A stretch of 64,000 nucleotides of DNA from positions 2,050 through 66,049 of IMG/VR virus record IMGVR_UViG_3300015189_000003; one strand, 5' to 3'. The notes beneath the pieces were generated by a model that was not told the origin of the DNA, searched no databases, and saw nothing but the letters and a program-made list of their open reading frames with translations. This DNA comes from a virus. Below are positions 9,088-17,210 of the stretch, piece after piece. Made by a program: the position numbers and the translations under genes. How positions within the stretch are numbered: position 1 is the first letter of the stretch; each line of letters starts with the position of its first letter.

Positions 9088-10521
9088 TCATGTCACACTT
9101 CCCCTAACAGCATGTACGCCGAATCTCCGACCGTCCGTTTGAATCTTGTAGCCGGTCGGCGAGGCTTGCTTCGTCCGAATGCGGCTCGTGTAGAGCGCGT
9201 ATCGCAAGGCGTCGCAGGCGTGGTCTTCCACCTTCATCGGCTCGTCGCTTGGCGAGCGAATCGACCCGCCGTCCGGATACCGATAGCCGAGGATTTCGCG
9301 GATGAGATTCGCGCACTTATCAAAAATGAACAGTTGCGGCTTGCCGTCCCCTTGGACAATCATTTTGCCGCGGACGTACTCGATTCCCGCATTGACTTCT
9401 TTGGCGGCCGGCGTGCAATGGATGCCGTACTGGCTCAGTTCCGAGCGGACTTGCGGGTCGTGGTCGCTGTACGTCGCGCCGAACCACGGCTGACTCTCCC
9501 ACACTCGCTTATTGATTTCCCGAGCGTGGTCGGCAAGTAGCGTCTGGTTGCGATACCACTCGTCATAAACGTAATGCCGGCCGTCAGGATCCCGGGCAAT
9601 CCACAGGCAGCAAAATGAATTGTTAAACCCGAAGTCGATGCCGCGAATTCGCATCCAGCCGGCCGGAATCGTGAACGGCTCGATAACATGAATCTTCTTG
9701 CGAAATTCCTTGTAGACCTGGCCGGCGAGGGCCGTAAAGCGGCCGATGGTCCGCAGTTCGCGCATCTCTTCCGGCACCGTGGCGAAAAAATTACGCTTCC
9801 AGTCTTCGGAGATGTATGGATTCTTGAGGGTGTTGAGGTGATACCACGCCCACCCAGGCGGACACTCGTCATACGCAGCAGGCCACTCAGGATCGCGGCA
9901 CTCGATCGGCGTGAAGTCTGCCCACCCAGGCGAGTTGTAGTCTCGGCAGCGGCCTTTGATTTCCAGCAGAAGGTGGTAGGGAATTTCCTCGTTGCACCAA
10001 AAGCCACCCACCGACTCGGCTTTCATCGACGAGATGCCTTGCTCGTAAGACTTAAACTCCAGTACCCATCCTATTTTCCCTGGCATCGTCGGATGCTTCA
10101 GCAGCACAGACCGGGGTCGCCGCAACTTATGATCGTGCCATCGAATGTCCGCAATGTCTTGCTGCGGTATAAGCTGCGAGAGCTTTTCGCCCCAGCAAAC
10201 ATTCGTGACCTGGTCGAGCTTTTCGCCAATGATCCAGAATGGACAGCGCTCGCGCGGAGGAGGGCGATTTTTAACAAAGCGAGCGGTCTTTAGGGCCGCG
10301 GCCAGCGTTTTTCCCGACCCTGTCCCGCCAAGGCAAATCGCAAAATCACTCGTGTCGTCTTCCACGAATGCCGTTTGCTCATCGTATTCGTCCGGACAAT
10401 CCGGCCTTGTCGAGAACGTATAAAACGGGTGGGTCAGCAAGGCATGGGCGCGCTCTTGGTCCTCTCGCGAGCCTCGCTCAAAAATGGCTTTAATTTGATC
10501 GGAAGTCAGAGCTGTTGCCAT
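9088..10521 (-). CDS. terL: Terminase large subunit
   Basis: Walker A GGTGSGKT, Walker B WCNEE, nuclease motifs IRGIDFG and DHACDALRY. Confidence 0.95.
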   Translation of the reverse strand: MATALTSDQIKAIFERGSREDQERAHALLTHPFYTFSTRPDCPDEYDEQTAFVEDDTSDFAICLGGTGSGKTLAAALKTARFVKNRPPPRERCPFWIIGEKLDQVTNVCWGEKLSQLIPQQDIADIRWHDHKLRRPRSVLLKHPTMPGKIGWVLEFKSYEQGISSMKAESVGGFWCNEEIPYHLLLEIKGRCRDYNSPGWADFTPIECRDPEWPAAYDECPPGWAWYHLNTLKNPYISEDWKRNFFATVPEEMRELRTIGRFTALAGQVYKEFRKKIHVIEPFTIPAGWMRIRGIDFGFNNSFCCLWIARDPDGRHYVYDEWYRNQTLLADHAREINKRVWESQPWFGATYSDHDPQVRSELSQYGIHCTPAAKEVNAGIEYVRGKMIVQGDGKPQLFIFDKCANLIREILGYRYPDGGSIRSPSDEPMKVEDHACDALRYALYTSRIRTKQASPTGYKIQTDGRRFGVHAVRGSVT

Positions 10522-11260
10522 CGGAAGTTTTTCTCGCGTCCTCCAAATAAGCAATGCCGCGACGCATTAAGCTGGTGTCGTCGCCAAACTGCCCCAGGGC
10601 CGTATTGCAACGGAAGCAAAGCAAGCCGCGAACCATCCCGGTTGCGTGGCAGTGGTCAACCACCAAAATCCCACGCTTGGTGTCAGAAGCGGCAACCCCG
10701 CACATCTTGCAGGCGTTTCCTTGCTCGATGTTCAGCCGGTCGAACTCTGCCGCGGAAATTCCATAGCGGTCGCGCAAGTGTTGCAATCTGGCCTTCTCGC
10801 GCCGACATTCAAGGCAATGGACTTGGCGGCCTCCCGGAAGTCTCTTGTTGAGCCCAAAATCAGAAACAGCTTTGTCTTGCAGGCACCCCTTACATCGCTT
10901 TGATCCGCCGGCAGTGGGCGGCGCGGAGTTTTCCGCCATTATTCTGCTTGTATATTTTTCAACATGGCTGGCAAACTTGTCTTTATTGGCTGCGTACCGA
11001 TTTCTAAACTTCTCGTTGTAAGCGGCACGGTCTTTAGCCCGCTGCTCGCGGCACAGCGCGGCGTACTCCTCTTTGTTTTGCTGATAATGCCTTCTCCCGG
11101 TCGCTCGCAGAACATCCCGGTTTGCTTCGGCCCAAATTGCCGTGCATGATTTACACCGATAAACAAAGCCGCCTTTCTTTGTGCGGTCCCGATGAAACTC
11201 GCTGGCCGGCTTCTCTGTTTCGCACTTGCTGCAAACTTTCGTTGTTGTTTCCATGCCCAC
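10490..11260 (-). CDS. Endonuclease VII-family homing endonuclease
   Basis: Two KxCxxC...K repeats and C-terminal CKMCG...LVVDHCHATGMVRGLLCFRCN. Confidence 0.9.
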   Translation of the reverse strand: MGMETTTKVCSKCETEKPASEFHRDRTKKGGFVYRCKSCTAIWAEANRDVLRATGRRHYQQNKEEYAALCREQRAKDRAAYNEKFRNRYAANKDKFASHVEKYTSRIMAENSAPPTAGGSKRCKGCLQDKAVSDFGLNKRLPGGRQVHCLECRREKARLQHLRDRYGISAAEFDRLNIEQGNACKMCGVAASDTKRGILVVDHCHATGMVRGLLCFRCNTALGQFGDDTSLMRRGIAYLEDARKTSDGNSSDFRSN

Positions 11261-11356
11261 ATTATACGGACGTTTAGGAAAGCGCCCATGCGGCTTTGCG
11301 CCCCAACCTCCGTCGCGTCAGTTCCCCGAGCCACCAGTCGAGCCAGTCGAGTAGGG

Positions 11357-11560
11357 TCATTTCTTCACCTGCCCTTCGCGACTCACCCACACCGGCTCGC
11401 TTCGCCCCGGAACCACCTGCTGCGAATATCCGCCTTCGGTCAGCATCTTCCACTTGTTGTAGTGGTACATGCTCGTCGGCACCGTGATTGCCGACACCAG
11501 CGATACAATCCCAACGACAATCACCAAGACCGTCGAAAACACAAACGTAGTTTCTTTCAC
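11357..11560 (-). CDS. Small membrane protein
   Basis: Hydrophobic N-terminal helix. Confidence 0.5.
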   Translation of the reverse strand: MKETTFVFSTVLVIVVGIVSLVSAITVPTSMYHYNKWKMLTEGGYSQQVVPGRSEPVWVSREGQVKK

Positions 11561-11644
11561 GCGCTACACCTCCCACTTACGAACCCCAGAAGATAGAAAC
11601 CGACCGCCAGCCAGCTTGCGACAATCCACAGGTGGAGGGCGAGG

Positions 11645-11827
11645 TCATTCATCGCAGTCTTCGCAATCACAGCAGTCGCCGAACTCGTCGTCTTCGAATC
11701 GCAACACGACTTCACGCGGGGCGCGAATCGCCGCGCAGATGCTGTCGGTCGCAAGTCCAATCGCCCATCCGATAAACCAAAAAACCAGCCAAATCGACAC
11801 CGTGAGAAAAAACAGTTCGCCGTTCAT
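11645..11827 (-). CDS. Small membrane protein
   Basis: Hydrophobic N-terminus and acidic Cys-rich tail, GAGGG SD. Confidence 0.5.
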   Translation of the reverse strand: MNGELFFLTVSIWLVFWFIGWAIGLATDSICAAIRAPREVVLRFEDDEFGDCCDCEDCDE

Positions 11828-11829
11828 CC

Positions 11830-12078
11830 CTATACCCTCTTTCTCAAAATTTGCAGTTGTCGGAAGTTGCCGCAGTCTTGCTCAATTTGCTCTTTGCGGG
11901 CCGCGCCTTCGGTATCGAACCGGCGGACAGACCGCGGGTCGGCGGCCGCTTCGTCGAGGTCGAGCATGTCGCCGTCAACGGCCAGGACGTGGTCGCAGTC
12001 GGCATCCGCCAGGATGTAGCCGTCCTTGAGGGGCGAGCGTAGCGGGCGGTGTTTGCCTTCGGGGGCCAAGGTGCTCAT
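11830..12078 (-). CDS. Hypothetical protein
   Basis: ATG 12078 with GGAGG SD. Confidence 0.5.
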   Translation of the reverse strand: MSTLAPEGKHRPLRSPLKDGYILADADCDHVLAVDGDMLDLDEAAADPRSVRRFDTEGAARKEQIEQDCGNFRQLQILRKRV

Positions 12079-12290
12079 GCATCCTCCTTCTGTCCGTAAT
12101 CGGGTATGTAAACGTCCGTCAGTTCGCATTCAAAATAAAACCCGTCGCCGTGTTCCGCCGAAACGCTATATCCGACCGAGCCGCTTGGCCCGAGCCGGAC
12201 GGCCGTTACCATGCCCGGCGATTCGTCGGAAGCGACCTTCTGGTAGACGATGTCGCCGATCCAGAATTTGGTTTCGATGGAGCGTTTCAC
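12075..12290 (-). CDS. Hypothetical protein (SH3/KOW-like, KFWIGDIVY)
   Basis: GTG 12290 after GGAGG; stop overlaps the next start. Confidence 0.55.
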   Translation of the reverse strand: MKRSIETKFWIGDIVYQKVASDESPGMVTAVRLGPSGSVGYSVSAEHGDGFYFECELTDVYIPDYGQKEDA

Positions 12291-12583
12291 TTCACCTCCC
12301 CCAGCGCCTTCGCCGTTCGTGGATAGCCCAGCCGGCAGAGCAAGTCTGCCACCAGCCCGACGGCACAATCAGTTTGGGCCATGATGCCCGCGGCCTCGTG
12401 CGCGTCGAGCGTCGCGTCGCATGGCGATTGCCAGGGCAACGTATGGACGACGACGTCGAACCGTTCGGCCAGGTCGGCGGCCTGCGCGGCGACGTCTTCG
12501 CAGGGCTTCCGCCAGAGCCAGACGGTTTCACCCGGCAGGGGCGGCGGCTGAATGGCGGCGTATTGGGCGGCCAGGTTGGTCAT
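12287..12583 (-). CDS. Hypothetical protein
   Basis: ATG 12583 after GGAGG; ATGA overlap. Confidence 0.5.
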   Translation of the reverse strand: MTNLAAQYAAIQPPPLPGETVWLWRKPCEDVAAQAADLAERFDVVVHTLPWQSPCDATLDAHEAAGIMAQTDCAVGLVADLLCRLGYPRTAKALGEVK

Positions 12584-13194
12584 GCCAGGGCCTCCTTGGC
12601 TTTGGTGTACCGTTGCCGCAGGCTCAACACCGCATCGACGGCCGGCGAGCAGCCGGTCCACGACGCGCCGTCGCCTTTGGCGATTCCTTCGCAGGCTTTC
12701 AGGTGATTTTGTGCCAACGCAAGTTGGCCGTTCATGGTGTCGCCGCGCTTCTTTTCGTACTCATAATCCGCCCGCAGCTTGCGAACGGCTTTGACCGCGA
12801 TAGACTTCGAGTCCTCGTTGTCCACCGGTTCGCCGCGCGCGATTGCCGCACAGTCCCGCAACCGCTTGCAGCCTTGCGGGTCGGCGGGGACAAACACGCA
12901 AGACGGGTCGGGCACAATCGCCTGCGCCAGATCCCCCTTGAGCTTCGCGACTTCGGCCCACAGGGATTCCGCGCGCTTAAGTTGGCCGTCGCCATACTCA
13001 AGATGTGATTTTGCCAGCGACTTCGCTTCATCCCTCTCCTTGCACACCTGATCGACGACCGCTTGCTTCGCGGCCAGCCGCTTTTGCGCCGTCGCGTTGG
13101 CGGCCTTGAGTCGCTCGATTTCCTCGTCCTTCTCTTGGATAACCTCAGACCAAAGCCGGCCGACAATTGGAACGCAATGATAAATCGCTGCCAT
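12580..13194 (-). CDS. Coiled-coil hypothetical protein
   Basis: 204-aa ORF with heptad-rich sequence. Confidence 0.65.
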   Translation of the reverse strand: MAAIYHCVPIVGRLWSEVIQEKDEEIERLKAANATAQKRLAAKQAVVDQVCKERDEAKSLAKSHLEYGDGQLKRAESLWAEVAKLKGDLAQAIVPDPSCVFVPADPQGCKRLRDCAAIARGEPVDNEDSKSIAVKAVRKLRADYEYEKKRGDTMNGQLALAQNHLKACEGIAKGDGASWTGCSPAVDAVLSLRQRYTKAKEALA

Positions 13195-13214
13195 CGCCTA
13201 ATCCTCCTGAAAAA

Positions 13215-13793
13215 CTACTTGGTTTTCTTCCCCTTCTTCGCCGGCTCGCCTTCCACCGTGGGGGGCTCCGGATTCCACTCTTCGCCGAGCGGATTCACCC
13301 AGTCGCGACCATCGACCGCCCCGGGCGTTTTCGTGATCGAACCGGGATTGTCCAGCTCCATTTGCACCAAAGCCGGCAGCGTATAGCCGTTCCGGTCGGT
13401 GAAGTCGTAAATCGCGGCAATCTGCGAATCGGAACACTTCTCGACTTCGCGGAAATGCTGAATCGGCAGCAGCTTTTTGGCCGGCGGGGCCTCTGTCGCT
13501 TCCAAGCTGGTGACCATCGCTTCCCTGGCCGTCAAAAAGTCCATGTGGAAATTCGGGTCAGCGTGATTTTCCCGCTTGTCGAACACGAGAAACTCCGACC
13601 GCAGTCGCGAAACGTAGATTTCCAAGACCCGGCAGTCTGACGGAATATCGCCATTGTCGAATTCGACAAGCAAATCCGTGACCGAGTCATACAGCCGCTG
13701 GTCGGCGTTCACCCGGTTTTCATCCTCTTGCCATTCCTTCCAGGCGGCGTCCGAGGCTTTCACGGCGGCAATCAGTTCGGCAGAGCGAGACAT
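13215..13793 (-). CDS. Hypothetical protein
   Basis: 192-aa ORF directly after the terS candidate. Confidence 0.7.
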   Translation of the reverse strand: MSRSAELIAAVKASDAAWKEWQEDENRVNADQRLYDSVTDLLVEFDNGDIPSDCRVLEIYVSRLRSEFLVFDKRENHADPNFHMDFLTAREAMVTSLEATEAPPAKKLLPIQHFREVEKCSDSQIAAIYDFTDRNGYTLPALVQMELDNPGSITKTPGAVDGRDWVNPLGEEWNPEPPTVEGEPAKKGKKTK

Positions 13794-14324
13794 TTACTTT
13801 CCCTTTTGTTCCAGTTTTTCGAGAGCCGCGAGAGCTTGCTCGAGCATTTGCTCTTTGGGCAGGAATTGAATACCGCCAATGACTTCGACCTCTTGCCGCG
13901 GAATGACGTCGTCGCCGAACATCTTGCGGAGGTCGGCTTCGCACTTGCGAACGAGTTCAATCGCCGCAAGGTCGGCGGTGTCGGTGTAATGCTTCCAGGC
14001 GACAGCCAGAGCGGCTTCGAGCCCGGCGCGACGCTCGTCGACGCGGGCCTTATTGTCTTCGGCGGAGATTGCCGCGCGGTAAATCTGCCGCCCCCGCTCG
14101 ATAGCACGATGGACATTTGTCAGGGGCTTGCCAAACATTTTGGCAATTTCCCGCATCGGGGTCCGCTTGAGATGCAGCGGCCAAACATCGGCAACAAATT
14201 CGAGAAATGCCGACTCGGAAGCAGCTTTTGCGGTCGATTTTTTCCTTGGTTTGCCCAATGGAATTTTCGGTTGCGTTCCGCCTGTTGGCGTTCCGCACGG
14301 CAGAATAAAGAAGCGGAAGCCCAC
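13794..14324 (-). CDS. Putative terminase small subunit (HTH plus helical domain); start uncertain
   Basis: MREIAKMFGKPLTNVHRAIERG HTH-like segment, then AAIELVRKCEADLRKMFGDD...EVEV; upstream of terL. Confidence 0.5.
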   Translation of the reverse strand: MGFRFFILPCGTPTGGTQPKIPLGKPRKKSTAKAASESAFLEFVADVWPLHLKRTPMREIAKMFGKPLTNVHRAIERGRQIYRAAISAEDNKARVDERRAGLEAALAVAWKHYTDTADLAAIELVRKCEADLRKMFGDDVIPRQEVEVIGGIQFLPKEQMLEQALAALEKLEQKGK

Positions 14325-14378
14325 TGGCGTCCGTCTCTTTCGAGGTTAGCCGACTTTGCCGACCTGGGTCAAATCGGT

Positions 14379-14570
14379 TCACTGGCACTTGGCGAGGGCT
14401 TCCGCTATGGCCGTCCCTGGCGTCCAATCTTCCGCGTCCACCGCGTCCCGCAACTCCCGCAGCGTGGCCAGTTCCTCCAGCACAGCTTCGAGCAATGCCT
14501 GTTCGTGGTCAAAAAAGCAATAGCCCGCAATCTCGCGGAGGTCGGCAATCTGTTTGTCGGTGGCTGTCAT
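14379..14570 (-). CDS. Hypothetical protein
   Basis: 63-aa ORF, ATGA-coupled. Confidence 0.55.
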   Translation of the reverse strand: MTATDKQIADLREIAGYCFFDHEQALLEAVLEELATLRELRDAVDAEDWTPGTAIAEALAKCQ

Positions 14571-14758
14571 GGGGTTTGCTCCGGTTCATCTGGGAATTGT
14601 TCGGGAGGATATTGTTCCTCTTGCTGGCACTCTTCAATTTCTCGCTGCTCTTGTCGCTCCCGGTCGCGGCGCTGCATTGAAGCTGGAACAGACTCGGGAG
14701 AATGTCCAGCGTAATAGGCATCGTCAATCCGGTCATAGGAAATACGGTCGGTGTCCAT
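14567..14758 (-). CDS. Hypothetical acidic protein
   Basis: 63-aa ORF with GAGG SD. Confidence 0.5.
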   Translation of the reverse strand: MDTDRISYDRIDDAYYAGHSPESVPASMQRRDRERQEQREIEECQQEEQYPPEQFPDEPEQTP

Positions 14759-14832
14759 TCCTCTCCTATAGGCTTCGTAGAAAACGTCCGCTTCGTACTG
14801 CCTGCGTTCTTCGCGTTGTTCTTCTCAACTTC

Positions 14833-15594
14833 TCACTTGTTCCCTTTCGCTTTGAGTGCCGTGAGTTCGTTGTAAGCCCGTCGCCATCCGTGGGCACAAT
14901 CCTCGATGTCCGTGGGAACTGTGCCGTCTGGCAATTGCAGGCGACAGATAGGTGGGTCTAGTTGGTCTTTCAACAGCTCGATCTTGGCCTGTAACTCTTG
15001 AACGAGCGGAAACACCTTCAACGCCAGCACCGAATCTTGCAAGCCACCGTCGTCGTCGGTTTTGGCAGCGTCGCCGAACAGCTCACCAATCGAATGCACG
15101 ATGTCACGCCAGAAGTCGCGGTTGCGTGCATCTACGCGGCATGTTTCCTCCCAGGCTTTTACTTGACAACGTAGCTCGGCGGTTGCGGCGGTGATTGTCG
15201 CCTGAACGCATTCCAGCATCCACGCCTTGCTGTCTCTTCGCTGGTCGCTATCCATCGTCACAATGCCGTCGCAGCGTTCAATCATCAGCTCGACGCAATC
15301 GCGGGCGTGGTCCGTCTCCTTCCGCTCGGCTGGCTGGCTGAGTGGGGTGGGAGGGGTGGCGTCTCGCTTCCGAGTGCATCGGGCGCAGTAGTGCCGCTCC
15401 TCTTCCACGGAACCCGAGCCGGTTTCAATGGGGTCTTCATGCCCGTCCTCGTAGTGCAGTCCACCGCGAATCTGGTCGACAGCCACGTCGAACACGGTCC
15501 AGTCGTCGGGAGGGTCGTAAGCGGGGTCTAGCTTTACAAAGAATTCAGTCCCGCAATCGTCACACGAGAATTTTGCTTTTGCTTCGACTATCAT
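14833..15594 (-). CDS. Hypothetical protein with CxxC motifs
   Basis: CDDCG...YCARC, 253 aa. Confidence 0.7.
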   Translation of the reverse strand: MIVEAKAKFSCDDCGTEFFVKLDPAYDPPDDWTVFDVAVDQIRGGLHYEDGHEDPIETGSGSVEEERHYCARCTRKRDATPPTPLSQPAERKETDHARDCVELMIERCDGIVTMDSDQRRDSKAWMLECVQATITAATAELRCQVKAWEETCRVDARNRDFWRDIVHSIGELFGDAAKTDDDGGLQDSVLALKVFPLVQELQAKIELLKDQLDPPICRLQLPDGTVPTDIEDCAHGWRRAYNELTALKAKGNK

Positions 15595-16058
15595 TTTCCA
15601 ACTCCTTCATAGGGTACAGTTCCGCCAAAAGTGTCTCTGATTTTTTGAGTCAAGTCCTCCCTCCCCGCTGGCTCTGCTGGTGCTGGTGGTGGAGGGGCGG
15701 TGAGTGCGGCGGCAACCGCTACAACGATATGCTCATACCTGTCATTAAAACAGCACCTTTCATGCTCCGAACCGTGTTTTATTCCCAGATTCTTGGCGAT
15801 TTTAAAAAGAGCATCTTCTCCAAGTTTCGCCATGCGTTCGTAGTGGTCCGGTGCTAACTCCTTGGCAGCAACCGCTTCCGCAAGTTCGCTGGTGAGTTTG
15901 GCGAATTGCTGGTCCTTGCAACGACTTGACTCGCGGAATTGCCCGTCAAAGATGCTAACTAGAGATTTGCACTCCCAGACTGGATTTCCAAGCATGTTGG
16001 TAGGAAGCGGATCGGCTCCGCACTTCGGGCAGGTCGGCGGCGTGGTTGGGGTGGTCAT
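15591..16058 (-). CDS. Hypothetical protein (CPKCG zinc finger)
   Basis: ATG 16058 after AAGGAG. Confidence 0.6.
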   Translation of the reverse strand: MTTPTTPPTCPKCGADPLPTNMLGNPVWECKSLVSIFDGQFRESSRCKDQQFAKLTSELAEAVAAKELAPDHYERMAKLGEDALFKIAKNLGIKHGSEHERCCFNDRYEHIVVAVAAALTAPPPPAPAEPAGREDLTQKIRDTFGGTVPYEGVGK

Positions 16059-16336
16059 GGTTGCTCCTTGGGTTGAGTCGTCGCGGGGATGCTGGCGATG
16101 GCTGACTGCACTTCCCCGAAGCATGTATTCAAATCGTCCGTAGAAACTTCGGTAACTGGGCCGTTGATGTATCGGTGCCGAAGTCGCAGGAGCTTCGCCA
16201 CCACTTCCCGCAGCCGCTCCAATTTCTCGGCTCGCTCGGCAACGTCCCGCAGGAACTGCTCCTTGCTCCGTAAGTATGCCGAGTGCTGATGGCGAAGGAT
16301 GCCAGCTAGTTCGATGAGTTCTGCTTTGGCGTCCAC
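16055..16336 (-). CDS. Hypothetical protein
   Basis: 93-aa ORF, coupled stop/start. Confidence 0.55.
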   Translation of the reverse strand: MDAKAELIELAGILRHQHSAYLRSKEQFLRDVAERAEKLERLREVVAKLLRLRHRYINGPVTEVSTDDLNTCFGEVQSAIASIPATTQPKEQP

Positions 16337-16338
16337 GG

Positions 16339-16524
16339 TTACTTTCCTTTCGTGCGGGTGAGTTCTTCGGTGATGATTTCAGTCATTCGCTCTCGGCATG
16401 TGCAACACTTTTTACTGACTGGATCGGCACAGTGAACGTACCGGAAGTCGGACTTCATTAGTCGCTTCGCTATCCGTTCGGCGACTATCCGCTCGGCTGT
16501 CTTCGGCTTGGGGGGCTTGGGCAT
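16339..16524 (-). CDS. Hypothetical protein
   Basis: 61-aa ORF with AAGGAG SD. Confidence 0.55.
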   Translation of the reverse strand: MPKPPKPKTAERIVAERIAKRLMKSDFRYVHCADPVSKKCCTCRERMTEIITEELTRTKGK

Positions 16525-16578
16525 GGGGTTACTCCTTGGGTATGCGGTGCGTGGTCATGCTGGTGTCTGGCTGGTGGG

Positions 16579-17016
16579 TTAAGGGTTTCTGTTCACAATC
16601 CGCAGCTCGACGCCGCGCCGTCCGCCGGTCGCCTTGCCGGTCACTTGGACGACCGGCAGATGAGTCAGGCCGCTATCGTTCGCTATGATGCCGGCGTCAG
16701 CCAGTCCGTCGAAGCTGGCCTTGAGGCTCGCCAATGCGTTGTCCGTGTCGATACGGCGTCCGCGGTAAAAAGTCGCCTGGACAGTCGCAGCCTTCCACGG
16801 GAAGCCATAGCAACGGAACTGGGTGGCCTGGCGGGCCAGGATAGCGGCGGCTTGGCGCTGTTTTTTGGTCGCCCGAGACTTCGCCGACCAGTGCGGCCGG
16901 GCGTTTGGATATACCTCGTCCGGCGGTAACGGCAGGTCGATTTTGACCGCCGTTCCGGGTCGGGAAAAAACTTCTGGATTTTTGTTGACTGGCATGGGTT
17001 CACGGTTCCTAAACAT
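16579..17016 (-). CDS. RusA-like Holliday junction resolvase
   Basis: LPLPP..PNAR.H, DTDNALASLKASFDGLADAGIIAND. Confidence 0.8.
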   Translation of the reverse strand: MFRNREPMPVNKNPEVFSRPGTAVKIDLPLPPDEVYPNARPHWSAKSRATKKQRQAAAILARQATQFRCYGFPWKAATVQATFYRGRRIDTDNALASLKASFDGLADAGIIANDSGLTHLPVVQVTGKATGGRRGVELRIVNRNP

Positions 17017-17029
17017 CCCTATATAGAGA

Positions 17030-17210
17030 AATGTAAATACTCTCTCTTTTATATATATATATAGTAGTAGTAGTATTATTGAATTAAGTATCTAAGCTAT
17101 TGCCACCAAAGGACTTGGCGTTTCAAATCGACTTTCTTGATTCAAGTCGAGCATTTTTTGGTCACCCCCCCGAAAGATTTTCTACAGACTGAATTCATCG
17201 CCGTCAAAAC
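17030..17210. other. AT-rich putative replication origin
   Basis: (AT)n and (AGT)n runs plus a TCGACTT/AAGTCGA inverted repeat immediately downstream of the primase. Confidence 0.45.
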
